A stretch of DNA of 64,000 bases, taken from an uncultured bacterium. GTDB lineage: Bacteria > Chloroflexota > UBA5177 > JANWHV01. The stretch lies in the NCBI GenBank assembly GCA_963729625.1, contig CAVSOU010000007.1:608001-672000 (forward strand), given 5' to 3'. This document shows positions 50,972-61,212 of this stretch, in pieces. Positions within the stretch are counted from its first letter, which is position 1. Each line of letters opens with the position of its first letter. A program made the translations under genes and the position numbers. The notes beneath the pieces are model-generated. The model saw nothing but the letters and a program-made list of their open reading frames with translations, did no database searches and was not told where the DNA came from.

Positions 50972-52646
50972 GAGGATCCTCCCCCCGCATCGCGGCTGCT
51001 ATAAGCGCGACGGGTACGGATCCGAACGAGAGCAGCCGATCGTGAAAGTCGCGCAGGTTGAAGCTGCTGCCCTCACGTGCTGCCAGGTCGTGCCGCAGAT
51101 CACGGATCAGGTCCGTTCCAACCAGGTACATGACTGCCGCGCCGGGGAACATGCTGTTCTTCACCGCCTCTGCTTCGGCAGCCTCGGGCGACATGCCAAC
51201 TGCGTCGCGGTAGAAGGCGGCAGCGTCCGCCAGGGAGAGCTCGCCACGATGCAGCCGAACGTCCACAATCGCGCGCGCCGCCATGCGCAGCCGGCTGTGC
51301 TGCTCGGCATAGAGCTCGAGCGGCGTCAGGCAGCCGATCTCGCCAACCAGCTCGGTCGCGTAGCAGGCCCATCCCTCTGCCATCGTGCCGCCGCAAAACA
51401 TGGCGATCCTCGACGCGCAATCCACCGCCGCCACGCGACCGATACGCGAGGCAGCACGGTTCGCGTGATAGTTCTGCTGATGGTGTCCGGGACCGCCATG
51501 ATGCACGACGTGGTTCAAAGTAATGACGCTGTCGTTGGTCGCTCGCAGCCGGCGTCGCTGTTCCGCCTCCGGCAAGTCGGCCTCGATTGGCGGGACCAGG
51601 TACTCTACCGGCGTGACGGCGTCAAATGGCGCCGGCGCGCGGTAGGGCAGGAAATAGAGCGACGGCGCCGCGTCGCGCGCCCAGGCAGGCTGCGGCACAT
51701 ACCGAATTGGGTAGTCCTGCCAGGTGAGCACGTCGCCGGCACTGACGGCAGCACGAATCCTCTCCCAGGTCTCCTCGAATCGAGCGTAGTAGCGGTCGGC
51801 CGCGGGGTGCAGATCGGCCAGCGATGCCAGCGCTTCAGCCGGGCCGGCGGCGCCGAAATCGACGGCATGCGCCGCGAGATGAGCTGAGCACTGCTGGAGC
51901 TGGTCGACGGCGTACGCCTCGATGGCGCCGGCGCCCTGGTCCAGGCAGTGGCCGCGCCGCAGCAGCAGGTCGAACGCCTCATCACCGCAGGCGCAGGCCT
52001 CCGATCCTCGCGACAGCAGCTCGCGCTCCAGGTATTCGCGATGGCGGGAAAATGCCACGGCCGCCACATCCGCGGCGGCGCGCAAGCGGCTGCCATCCAA
52101 CCCGGACGCGCCGATCAGCGCGTCTACGCCACCGTTCAGGAACGCGATCGCTCCCGTGCATTCACGCATCGCGCGCGCGGTCCAGGCACGTGGCGCACTG
52201 CGCACGTTGGCCTCTGCCTGCCGGAGCAATGTGGGTACGGCGTGCAGGCGCCCGATCGCGGACTCGACGCGCTCGGCAAAGGGAGCGAACGGCCGCAAGA
52301 ACAGGGACAGCACGCCGAAGACGGCCTCGCCCGTGTACAGACTGGGATTGCCATGCTCGAAGTGACTTGAGGCCGCCTCCCAGAGCGCGATCTCCAGAAA
52401 TCCTTCGGCCAGGCGGCGGTCGATGGCCTCAGCTTGCGTGAGCGGTTCGTCCGGCAGGGAACGGAGATGGCGCAGCTGGGCACGCATCTCCTCCACCGCA
52501 CCGGCCATCGCCTCCTCCGAGAAGTCCGGCAGCAGGTGGTCGTGGGCATGGACGCCGATGAACGTGGCGTTTACCGGACGGCGGCGGTAGTAGGCGGCGA
52601 AGAAGCCGTCCAGCCATCGCGAGAACTCCATTGCACGCGATTCCAT
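50961..52646 (-). CDS. DUF885-family protein
   Basis: P..AT.IGVH.HD..LPDFS, HHGGPGHH, AEGWACY, RAIVDVRLH, YLVG, FHDRLLSFGSVP. Confidence 0.9.
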   Translation of the reverse strand: MESRAMEFSRWLDGFFAAYYRRRPVNATFIGVHAHDHLLPDFSEEAMAGAVEEMRAQLRHLRSLPDEPLTQAEAIDRRLAEGFLEIALWEAASSHFEHGNPSLYTGEAVFGVLSLFLRPFAPFAERVESAIGRLHAVPTLLRQAEANVRSAPRAWTARAMRECTGAIAFLNGGVDALIGASGLDGSRLRAAADVAAVAFSRHREYLERELLSRGSEACACGDEAFDLLLRRGHCLDQGAGAIEAYAVDQLQQCSAHLAAHAVDFGAAGPAEALASLADLHPAADRYYARFEETWERIRAAVSAGDVLTWQDYPIRYVPQPAWARDAAPSLYFLPYRAPAPFDAVTPVEYLVPPIEADLPEAEQRRRLRATNDSVITLNHVVHHGGPGHHQQNYHANRAASRIGRVAAVDCASRIAMFCGGTMAEGWACYATELVGEIGCLTPLELYAEQHSRLRMAARAIVDVRLHRGELSLADAAAFYRDAVGMSPEAAEAEAVKNSMFPGAAVMYLVGTDLIRDLRHDLAAREGSSFNLRDFHDRLLSFGSVPVALIAAAMRGEDPRAQ

Positions 52647-52648
52647 GC

Positions 52649-53770
52649 CTAGCGCTCCAGCGGAAGGTCGACCCAGCGGCGCTCGTGGAACGAGCGCTCC
52701 ACGGCATTGATCGCCTCCTGCACCCATGCTCCGTCCCGAAAATTGCCCTGGTTCACCGTTCCGCCAGCCCGAATCTCGTCGATGAAGTCCTTGATCAGGT
52801 TGGCGTAAAACAGCGATCGCCATGATTCGGTGGGAGCGCCCCCGGCGGGGAAGAACTGTTGCGGAACGTCCAACTGACGGAACTCCACCGCATCGGGCGT
52901 CGCCACGCGAATCGTCTCGGCGATTCCACTCTCCTCGACCAGGCGACAGATGATCGCGCCACGATCGCCGTACATGCGAGCCTCGATGCCCGGGTAGTTG
53001 CCCACCGTGACAAAGCTTGTCTGGATGGAGCCGATTGCTCCATTGGCATATTCGCACAGGTAGATATCGCCGTCGTCGATATTCATACGCATCATCCGGC
53101 CCGTGGCACGCACTACTCGCTCCGGAATGAAATTGCGCATGGTGCCGACGACGCGCGTGTAGTCCGCCCCCACCCACCAATGACCGATGTCGATGATCGG
53201 TGCCCCGTAGCCTTCCAACGAGGACGTCTGCAGCACCGACTGGTCTGCTTCGTGATCGACCTGGCGGAGCGGGGTCTGTGGATCGAGCCATTGCGAGTTC
53301 TGTTCGAAGCCGTTGAAGATGAACGGCTTGCCCACGAAGCCCTGGTCGATGAGCGACTTGGCGTACAGCACGCCTGGGCTATAGCGAAACGTGAAGCCGA
53401 GCTTGGTCTTCAAGCGCTTGCGGTCCGCGAGATCCGCGGCGCCCAGCGTCTGGCGATAGTCGAAGGCGACAGGCTTTTCGCAGAGCACGTGCTTGCCGGC
53501 TTCGAGCGCGGCCATGGCCAGTTCGTAGTGCGTATGCGACGGCGTGCACACGTCTACCACGTCGACGTCTGCCCGAGCGATCGTTGCCTGCCAGTCATCG
53601 GACACGGAATCGATGGCCAACTCCGCGGCGAGAGCACGAGCACTGTCGGCGACGACGTCGCACAGGGCGACGATCCGGCATCGCGGATCCCGTTGCCAGC
53701 CTGGAATGTGGGCGAACCGCGCCCAGGCGCCCGCGCCAAGCACGGCCACGCGCAAGATGCTGTCGGTCAT
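52649..53770 (-). CDS. Gfo/Idh/MocA oxidoreductase
   Basis: VAVLGAG, VCTPSHTH, HVLCEKP, GFTFRYSP; GGAGG RBS. Confidence 0.92.
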   Translation of the reverse strand: MTDSILRVAVLGAGAWARFAHIPGWQRDPRCRIVALCDVVADSARALAAELAIDSVSDDWQATIARADVDVVDVCTPSHTHYELAMAALEAGKHVLCEKPVAFDYRQTLGAADLADRKRLKTKLGFTFRYSPGVLYAKSLIDQGFVGKPFIFNGFEQNSQWLDPQTPLRQVDHEADQSVLQTSSLEGYGAPIIDIGHWWVGADYTRVVGTMRNFIPERVVRATGRMMRMNIDDGDIYLCEYANGAIGSIQTSFVTVGNYPGIEARMYGDRGAIICRLVEESGIAETIRVATPDAVEFRQLDVPQQFFPAGGAPTESWRSLFYANLIKDFIDEIRAGGTVNQGNFRDGAWVQEAINAVERSFHERRWVDLPLER

Positions 53771-53816
53771 CAGCTTCCTCCCGCATACATGATCATTGAG
53801 TCCATTCGCGCTGGCA

Positions 53817-54623
53817 TCACGGCGACGTTGGCCGCGCGAGCACAACCTCCTCGTGATAGCCCTGGCGGCGCGACACGGCGGCGGCGGCAGATGTAACTGC
53901 ATGGATAAGCGGCGGCAGTAGCTCGGTTGTGACGCGGAACGCCGGTCCGGACACGCTGATCGCGGCTACCACTCTTCCGGTCAGGTCGCGGACGGGGGCC
54001 GCCACGCACTTCACACCGTAGGCCCGCTCCTCATTGTCGATCGCGTAGCCCCGTTGGCGTACCCCAGCGAGCTCAGCCAGAATGGCCGCGGCCGATGTAA
54101 TGGTGTTTTCGGTGAGGGAGGCCATGCCGGTGCGATCGAGCAGCCCGATCACCTCCTGGTCGGGTAGGCCCGCGAGCAGCACTTTGCCCAGCGCGGTGCA
54201 GTGCGCAGGATGCCGTGTGCCAACCTGTGATTGAATGCCGATCTCGCGCTGCGCGCGCTCGATGGCGATGTAGACAACCTCGCCGTGGTTCAGCACGCCC
54301 AGGCTCGCGGTCTCGCGACATGCCGCGGCCAACTCCTCCAGACTGTGCCGCGCGCTTTGCGGAAAACCAAGCTGTGCAAGGAATGCGGACCCGACCTCGA
54401 ACGCCTTCACGCCCAACACGTACCTGCCTGGCTCATCCTGCTCGAGGAACTCTGCCGCGCAAAGGGTCTCCAGCAGCCGGAACAGGGTGGTCTTGGGCAC
54501 GCGCACCTGCTTGCTCAGGCCTGCCAGGGTGTGGCGGGGCTCCTGAGGGGAAAAGCAGGCGAGCACGGCCAGGCCCCGGCGCAACGCCCGCACCTGATAG
54601 TTGCCTTCGGCATCGTTGCCCAC
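53817..54623 (-). CDS. IclR-family transcriptional regulator
   Basis: HTH PKTTLFRLL; TALGKVLLA, GYAIDNEE, CVAAPV, AISVSGP. Confidence 0.95.
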   Translation of the reverse strand: MGNDAEGNYQVRALRRGLAVLACFSPQEPRHTLAGLSKQVRVPKTTLFRLLETLCAAEFLEQDEPGRYVLGVKAFEVGSAFLAQLGFPQSARHSLEELAAACRETASLGVLNHGEVVYIAIERAQREIGIQSQVGTRHPAHCTALGKVLLAGLPDQEVIGLLDRTGMASLTENTITSAAAILAELAGVRQRGYAIDNEERAYGVKCVAAPVRDLTGRVVAAISVSGPAFRVTTELLPPLIHAVTSAAAAVSRRQGYHEEVVLARPTSP

Positions 54624-54712
54624 TCAGTCCTCCTCTCAGTGAGGGTCGCGGCGGTGAAGCGATTCGGATGCTTCGAGCGATGCTGAAGAATCAGTATCCA
54701 CTCTTCCTCGCG

Positions 54713-55750
54713 TCAATACAGCAACGTGTAGTTCAGCACGTTCCGTAGCGGTCGATCGCTCAGATACCGGCTCAAATTGTCGCAGAACAGATCTACCAGC
54801 TTGGCATTCTCGCTTCGGGCCGTGCTAGCCGAGTGCGGGCAGATCAACACGTTAGGCATGTCCCAGAGTGGGCTCGCCGGGGGGAGCGGCTCACGCTCGA
54901 ACACGTCGAGCGCCGCGCCTCGCAACTTGCCCGCGCGCAGCGCCTCGATCAGCGCGGACTCGTCCACGACCGCGCCACGGGCAACATTGATCAGCACGGC
55001 ATCGCGCTTCATGCGTGCCAGGCGAGCCGCGTCGAGAAGGCCTTCAGTCTCCGGCGTGTGCGGGCAACACAATACCAGGAAATCCACACTGGAAACCAGC
55101 TCATCCACGCGCTGCGCCGGTAGCAGCACATCCAGGAGCAGATCCTCCGCCCGCCGTCGATTGGGCTCGCGCACGGTGCCGATCACGCGCGCATCCAGCG
55201 CGCGCACGGTACGAGCGATCTCGCGACCGATTCGGCCCACGCCGACGATGCCGACGCTCTTGCCGGCAATCTCGTCGCTCGCATAGCGCTCCCATCGGTG
55301 GGCCCTCTGGTCGGCGGCGAGGCGCTGCGCGTCTTTACAGAACATCAGCACGGCCATCAGGACGAACTCCGCGATTGGCCGGGCATGGATACCACTGGCG
55401 GTGGCTACGATGATGCTGCTCTTGGCGAGACCAACTCGGGCGGCGAACTGTCCTACCCCGGCACTGCTGGCCTGAATCAAGCGCAGTGACGGCAGCCCTG
55501 CCAGCTCTTCCGTCATGCTCGCGGGACCGAAATCGAACAGAACCTCCGCCGACGCCAGCAGTTCGCGCCACCGCTCCCTCAGCTCCAGTGTACCGGCCTT
55601 CGGCGACGTGTGGTCGGCCGGATAACGGGGCGCAGCGATCAGATCCGCGGGATAGATAACCTCGAGGCGGGCGTCGACGTCTGCGATGCGCCGCACCAAG
55701 TCAGTCGGAAGCCACGTGGTGATCAGTACCCGCACCCGGCCCTGGCTCAT
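54713..55750 (-). CDS. D-2-hydroxyacid dehydrogenase
   Basis: GVGRIG, INVARG, LDVFEREP, CPH. Confidence 0.93.
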   Translation of the reverse strand: MSQGRVRVLITTWLPTDLVRRIADVDARLEVIYPADLIAAPRYPADHTSPKAGTLELRERWRELLASAEVLFDFGPASMTEELAGLPSLRLIQASSAGVGQFAARVGLAKSSIIVATASGIHARPIAEFVLMAVLMFCKDAQRLAADQRAHRWERYASDEIAGKSVGIVGVGRIGREIARTVRALDARVIGTVREPNRRRAEDLLLDVLLPAQRVDELVSSVDFLVLCCPHTPETEGLLDAARLARMKRDAVLINVARGAVVDESALIEALRAGKLRGAALDVFEREPLPPASPLWDMPNVLICPHSASTARSENAKLVDLFCDNLSRYLSDRPLRNVLNYTLLY

Positions 55751-55865
55751 TCGTATTCCCCCGTTTCGATCACGGCACAAGCAGGCCTGACTGGCCGCCC
55801 ATCAGGACTCAAGGGCACGTCGACTCAACGCGCGGTTCCCGGCGCATTGATCGCGTCATCAGAGC

Positions 55866-56294
55866 TCATGGCGCCTGGAATCGCCAGGTACGGTCGCTGT
55901 AGGTCGTCAAATGCACGATCTTGCCGTCCCGGATGCGGTAGACGTGGCAGGTCGAGAGCGTGACCGGCTTGCCCTCACCAGTCGGTGTCGCGGCGGCCGC
56001 GCCCTTGGCGTTCGGATCGCCGTAGGCCGTGCCCTTGATACGGATCTCCAGGACCACCTGATCGCCGCCGACGATCGCATTGGCGACTTCCATATGCGTC
56101 CCGGCAACGGAGCCGGTGGTCTTCCGCAGAGCGGCGATGATCTCTTCCGGTCCGCGCTCAAGATACTGGGCGGAATGCGACCAGGCTTCGACGTCGGGCG
56201 CCAGTATCTCGTTGCGGAGGCGGTCCCAGTCCTGTGCATTGGTAGCTTCGCTGTATGAGCGCGCGATGGCGAGCGGATCGCTTGCGTTCGTCAT
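55866..56294 (-). CDS. SnoaL-like / NTF2-fold protein
   Basis: NAQDWD, GDQVVLE, GKPV...CHVYRIRDGKI; AGGAG RBS. Confidence 0.8.
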   Translation of the reverse strand: MTNASDPLAIARSYSEATNAQDWDRLRNEILAPDVEAWSHSAQYLERGPEEIIAALRKTTGSVAGTHMEVANAIVGGDQVVLEIRIKGTAYGDPNAKGAAAATPTGEGKPVTLSTCHVYRIRDGKIVHLTTYSDRTWRFQAP

Positions 56295-56455
56295 GTTTCG
56301 TCTTCTCCTGCTTCATTTGAAGTACTCGTCCGGCAGCGTCCGTCCGAGGTCGCGGCCGGCATTACCCCCGTCTCAATCTACCGCGCGCACGGGTGCCTCG
56401 GGGCACGGCAGGGCGCCGGACAAGAGCGGCGTCCCACCGTGCTGGGGGCGTCAGG

Positions 56456-58069
56456 TCACTTCGCGATATAGAGATCCTGGAATAGCGGCCAGAGCGCGGT
56501 CACATCCGTGTGAAAGCCCATGATATTCTTGCGGACGCCGAACACGACCTCCGGGATCCACAACGGATCGGTCAGCACGTTCTGCAGGATGTAGCGTTGC
56601 GCGGCCGAGTAGGCGCTCATCGCCTGCTTGCCGTCCAGGGTGCTCCGTCCTTGCACGAGCAGGTTGTCCAGCCCTGCGTTCTTGTAGAACGTGAAGTTGA
56701 GACCGCCGCTGGTCTCTTGCGTGGAGTCGTACGAGGTGTAGAGCACGTCCGCGTCAGGCGAGTAGAAGTTGTCCAACAGCAGATCGAAGCTGCCCTTCTG
56801 CGCGAGAGAAATGTAGTCCGCGGTCGGCTTGCTGACAATCGTCACGTTGACCCCTACGGCGCCAAGCTCCGCCTGGATCAGCTCGTCGGCAGCGGTGATT
56901 GCCGGCAAGTTGCTGGACAGCAGGGTAAACGGGCCGGTGACATGGTGGGCACTCAGCACGGTCTGAGCGGCAGTCGGATTGTACTGGGGTGCGAGGCTCT
57001 TCGAGGCAGGATCGTAGTACGGAATGTTCGAGCCCACCGGGCTATATGCCGGGACACCCAGTCCATTGAGCGCCACCTTGATCAGGGCATTGCGGTCCAC
57101 CGCCTCGGAGATCGCACGACGCACGTCGACGCTATCAAACGGGGCCTCATTGGTCCTGAATCCGAGCTGGACCAAGAACTGGCCTAGCTCACGATATTGC
57201 TTGATGCTGGTGTTTCCCTGCAGCCGGCCGATCTGGCTGCCGGCAACCAGCGAGACATCCACGCCGCCCGAGAGCAGGTCGCTCATGGCGGTCGAATCGC
57301 TCACGATCGGCTGAAGCACGATCTTATCGAGGTAGGCAGCACCCTTGTTGATAGCCCAGTCCGTCTCCCAGTTGTGCAGGGGATTCTTGGCCAGCGTGAT
57401 CTGGCTTCCGCCTGGCGCATAGTTCTGGATCATGAACGGGCCGGTGCCAATTGGATACTGGCAGAATTTGGTCTTGCCTTCCTTCTGCAGGGCGATTGGG
57501 TCGACGATGCCAAGCGAGTCATTGGCCAGATTCGGCAATGCCGGACGGAAGGGCGTGGCAAAGACCAGCGTGACCTGATACTTGCTGTCCACGTTGACCG
57601 CCTTCAAAGGACCAAGGAAGGTCGACATGCCGGCGGCTTGACCAACTGGACCGAGGACACGCAGCATATTGAACTTGACGACGCTGGCATCGAAGGGATC
57701 GCCGTTCGAGAACACGACCCCCTGGCGCAGCTTAAACGTCATCCATGCGCCACCGTGGCTGAACGTCCACGACGTTGCCAGATCCGGGCGTGGGTTCCCA
57801 TTGCCATCAAGAAGGACAAGGTTATCGAACGTCGGGAAGTCGGCCAGCCCCTCGGCTGAGGTAGGAGCGATCAACGGGTCCACACAGGTCGGAAGATTGA
57901 TGTCGCGATAGGTGATCGTACCGCCGCTGGTCGGCGCGGATGACGCCGCCATCTGATGCCCTGCGAGGGCCGATGGCGCGACGGTCATAGGCAGCAAGGC
58001 CAGGATGACGGTCGCGGCAGCAATTCTGCAACTGTGCTTTCCATACTTTCGGACGCTGTGCATGATCAT
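56456..58069 (-). CDS. ABC substrate-binding protein (family 5)
   Basis: Signal peptide; TFKLRQGV.FS.G.PFDA, PIGTGPF, VRRAIS.AVDR. Confidence 0.92.
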   Translation of the reverse strand: MIMHSVRKYGKHSCRIAAATVILALLPMTVAPSALAGHQMAASSAPTSGGTITYRDINLPTCVDPLIAPTSAEGLADFPTFDNLVLLDGNGNPRPDLATSWTFSHGGAWMTFKLRQGVVFSNGDPFDASVVKFNMLRVLGPVGQAAGMSTFLGPLKAVNVDSKYQVTLVFATPFRPALPNLANDSLGIVDPIALQKEGKTKFCQYPIGTGPFMIQNYAPGGSQITLAKNPLHNWETDWAINKGAAYLDKIVLQPIVSDSTAMSDLLSGGVDVSLVAGSQIGRLQGNTSIKQYRELGQFLVQLGFRTNEAPFDSVDVRRAISEAVDRNALIKVALNGLGVPAYSPVGSNIPYYDPASKSLAPQYNPTAAQTVLSAHHVTGPFTLLSSNLPAITAADELIQAELGAVGVNVTIVSKPTADYISLAQKGSFDLLLDNFYSPDADVLYTSYDSTQETSGGLNFTFYKNAGLDNLLVQGRSTLDGKQAMSAYSAAQRYILQNVLTDPLWIPEVVFGVRKNIMGFHTDVTALWPLFQDLYIAK

Positions 58070-58155
58070 GTCCTTTACCTGCGCTTGCACTGGTTACTCG
58101 AGGGATACCTTTGTCTGGCTTTCCTCTTACCTCTACCCTCCTCTTTATGTGCAAA

Positions 58156-59055
58156 TCATCGAGCCCACTGCCGCGGATCGATAGCGCTGCTCAGTGCATC
58201 TCCAAGGAGATTGATGCCGAGCACTGAGATGATGATGGCGATGCCGGGGAAGGTAACCTCTCCCCAAGACTGGAACATATGCTCGTAGCCGTTGCTCAAG
58301 AGCGTGCCCCAATCTGAGGTTGGGAGCTGGGTGCCGAGTCCAAGGAAGCTCAACGCCGCCGTGGCCAGAATCGCCGATCCAAGGTTCAGCGTCGCGAGCA
58401 CGATAATAGGGTCGATGATATTCGGCAGGATGTGATGCATCAGGATGTAAAGGCTTCCGGCGCCCTGCGCTCGGCTCGCCTCCACGAAGTCCAGCTCGCG
58501 TGCCCGCAGCGTCGATCCCCGTGCCAGTCGCGCGAAGCTCGGGATCAAGGCAACACCCACGGCAATCACCGATGAGGTGAGACTGGGCCCCAATATAGCC
58601 ACAATGCCGATAGCCAGCAGGATGGCCGGGAAAGCCAACAGGCAATCCATGCAGCGCATGATCACGTCGTCGAGGAGCCCGCCGGAAAATCCCGCGATAA
58701 CGCCAAAGGGCAGGCCGACGCCCAGGCCTATGAGCACCACGCCAAGACCGGCCGGAAGCGACGTGCGCCCGCCAAAGATTACGCGGGACCACATATCCCG
58801 GCCAAGATAGTCGGTACCGAACCAGTGTGCGGACGACGGCGCCTGATTCAGGCTGTTGAGATCGTACGCATTTGGCGCGTAACGCGAGATGAGCGGCGCC
58901 AGGATGGCCAGAACTATCATGAGGGCAAGCAGCAGCGCGCCGACAAGCGCGTTCGGATCCGACAGCAACCGCTGCAGGATCTGGCGCCAGAACGTGCTCT
59001 GGCGCGCGGATACCGGCTCACCGCCGGTGGGTTCCAGGCTTTCTGCTACCTGCAT
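58156..59055 (-). CDS. ABC permease (OppC/DppC-like)
   Basis: HWFGTDYLGRD, FVEASRAQG, HILPN, LSFLGLG. Confidence 0.93.
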   Translation of the reverse strand: MQVAESLEPTGGEPVSARQSTFWRQILQRLLSDPNALVGALLLALMIVLAILAPLISRYAPNAYDLNSLNQAPSSAHWFGTDYLGRDMWSRVIFGGRTSLPAGLGVVLIGLGVGLPFGVIAGFSGGLLDDVIMRCMDCLLAFPAILLAIGIVAILGPSLTSSVIAVGVALIPSFARLARGSTLRARELDFVEASRAQGAGSLYILMHHILPNIIDPIIVLATLNLGSAILATAALSFLGLGTQLPTSDWGTLLSNGYEHMFQSWGEVTFPGIAIIISVLGINLLGDALSSAIDPRQWAR

Positions 59056-59098
59056 GTCGATGCCTCATCAGCGCCTCGGCGGGCGCAGGCGCCGGCGA

Positions 59099-60019
59099 TC
59101 ACGAGTAATGAATCCGGGGATCGAGAAAGGCGTACGAGAGGTCGACCAACATGTTCGCACCGATCAGAATAACGGCGAAGAAGAACGTAGTGCCCTGGAT
59201 CAGCGGGAAGTCTCGGTTGGTCACCGCGCCCACGGCCAATGTGCCGAGACCAGGCCAGGCGAAGACATTCTCCAGGATCACGGCGCCGCCGAGGAGCCCG
59301 CCCAGGTTGAGACCAAATATGGTCACGACGGGGATCAGGGCATTGCGCATGATGTGCTTGTACAGGACCATACGTCCCGGCAGTCCCTTTGCGCGGGCCG
59401 TGCGCACGTACTCGCGGCTCAGGATTTCCACGATCGAGGCGCGGACCAGCCGCGTCATAGTTGCTGTAACGACTATTGCCAGCGTGACCGACGGCAGCAC
59501 CAGATTGGTCACGCCGCCGGTTCCGGCAACCGGGAGCCAACCAAGCTCAACGCCGAAGATGACGGCCAGCATCGTTCCCAGCCAGAAGTCGGGAATGGAG
59601 ATGCCCAGGACGGCAAGGCTCGTGACAGCCGTGCCCGAGAGCCGTCGATCGTGCGTCGCGGCGAATATGCCGCTGATCAGTCCCAGGGTAGTGGCCAGCA
59701 CCATGGCGCTGACTGCCAGCTCGGCAGTATAGGGGAAGCGGTCCCAAATCTCCTGCATGACCGGCTGGTGAGAGATGATGGACGTACCAAAATCCAGCCG
59801 GCAGGCATGTGTCAGAAAGTCCCAGTACTGGGCAAGAATGGGCCTGTCCAGTCCAAGCTGATGGCGCAGAGCGGCAATATCCGCCGGGTGGCCGCGACCG
59901 GAGAGCATGACTTCAGCCGGATCCCCAGGAATGAGGTGTATTGACGCGAAGACCAGCGTCAGGACACCCCAGAGAACCGGGAGTGAAACGAGGATTCGTC
60001 GGACAATGTAGGTGAGCAC
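59099..60019 (-). CDS. ABC permease (OppB/DppB-like)
   Basis: IPGDPA, YVRTARAKG, ENVFAWPGLG, RDFP, LDPRI. Confidence 0.93.
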   Translation of the reverse strand: MLTYIVRRILVSLPVLWGVLTLVFASIHLIPGDPAEVMLSGRGHPADIAALRHQLGLDRPILAQYWDFLTHACRLDFGTSIISHQPVMQEIWDRFPYTAELAVSAMVLATTLGLISGIFAATHDRRLSGTAVTSLAVLGISIPDFWLGTMLAVIFGVELGWLPVAGTGGVTNLVLPSVTLAIVVTATMTRLVRASIVEILSREYVRTARAKGLPGRMVLYKHIMRNALIPVVTIFGLNLGGLLGGAVILENVFAWPGLGTLAVGAVTNRDFPLIQGTTFFFAVILIGANMLVDLSYAFLDPRIHYS

Positions 60020-60374
60020 CGGCTACCCCTCGTCGCCATCCACTTCGCGGCAATCAGATGTGTGATCTTGCCTGCCTGGAGCCGGCCTCAACGTGCGCTA
60101 CGTCGCGCTCCGTCGGGTGCGTACGCGATGATGGGATGCCGAGCGACTGATGGGTCACGACGCCGGCCCATCTTTCGTCGGACTCTGAGTGGATTGAGTT
60201 CAACCGAACACGGCAAAAACGTGAACTGCCGTTGCACGATATTGAGGCAATTCTAGGGCCTGAGGCCATGCGAGTCAAGTCCAGGGCCAGGCAATCAGGC
60301 AAGCCGGCTTAGTCTACAATGTGTATGCGAAGAACTCCGATGCCGGTGGTAGCTACTGAGTGTGAGGTAGAGAG

Positions 60375-61121
60375 ATGCAACTGTCGGGCAAGATTACGCT
60401 GGTCACGGGGGCGGGCGCCGGTCTCGGACGCGCCGTCACTCTGCGCTATGCGGCGGAGGGAGCGGAAGTCGTGGCCGTCTCGCTCTACCGGCACGAGCTC
60501 GACGAGGTGCGACGCGCGGCAGGAGAGCACGCGAATCTCATTACCTCCGTCGTGAGTGATGTGGGCGATGCGGCGGCGGTTGACGCGGTCGCGCGCCTGG
60601 TGCTTGAGCGCTTTGGGCGCATCGACGTGCTGTTTAACAATGCCGGCATCATCATTGTCAAGCCGATCGAGGAGACGACCGTCGAGGAGTGGGATCGCCT
60701 CATGGCGACCAACCTGCGTGGCCCGTTTCTCTATTGCAGAGCATTCGTGCCGGCTATGAAGGCGCGGCGCGACGGCGTGATTCTGAACATGTCCTCCGGA
60801 TCGGGCATCAAGGGTTTTGTCGGCGAGAGCGGATACTGCCCTTCCAAACACGGTATTGAAGGTCTGACGAAAACGCTGGCGCTGGAGCTCGAGCCGTACA
60901 ACATTCGGGTCATCTCGCTCACGCCTGGAGTACTGATCAATACGCCCATGTCCGAGAGCCACTATACCGAGGACCAGCGCAAAGAATGGCAAGACCCAGC
61001 CGTCCTTGCGCCGGCTTTTGTCTACCTGGCGCAAGAGCGGAATCCCGCTTTCTCCGGCAGGAGACTCAACGCGTACGAGATCTCGCAGAAGGTCGGGCGC
61101 GGCGAGGCGATCGAGCCGTGA
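60375..61121 (+). CDS. Short-chain dehydrogenase/reductase
   Basis: TGAGAGLG, NNAG, YCPSK. Confidence 0.93.
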   Translation: MQLSGKITLVTGAGAGLGRAVTLRYAAEGAEVVAVSLYRHELDEVRRAAGEHANLITSVVSDVGDAAAVDAVARLVLERFGRIDVLFNNAGIIIVKPIEETTVEEWDRLMATNLRGPFLYCRAFVPAMKARRDGVILNMSSGSGIKGFVGESGYCPSKHGIEGLTKTLALELEPYNIRVISLTPGVLINTPMSESHYTEDQRKEWQDPAVLAPAFVYLAQERNPAFSGRRLNAYEISQKVGRGEAIEP

Positions 61122-61212
61122 AACGGCGTCGCGAGTCAGTGACGCGATCGTGCCTGCACCTCGGATCCGTCCTCGGTCTGACGGGTCGTACCTAGCGAAC
61201 GCGGGCGGCGGG

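Noticed and set aside
52647-53291. 776-aa version of the DUF885 ORF
   Set aside because: Extension overlaps the Gfo/Idh/MocA gene off-frame; homology starts near 52646
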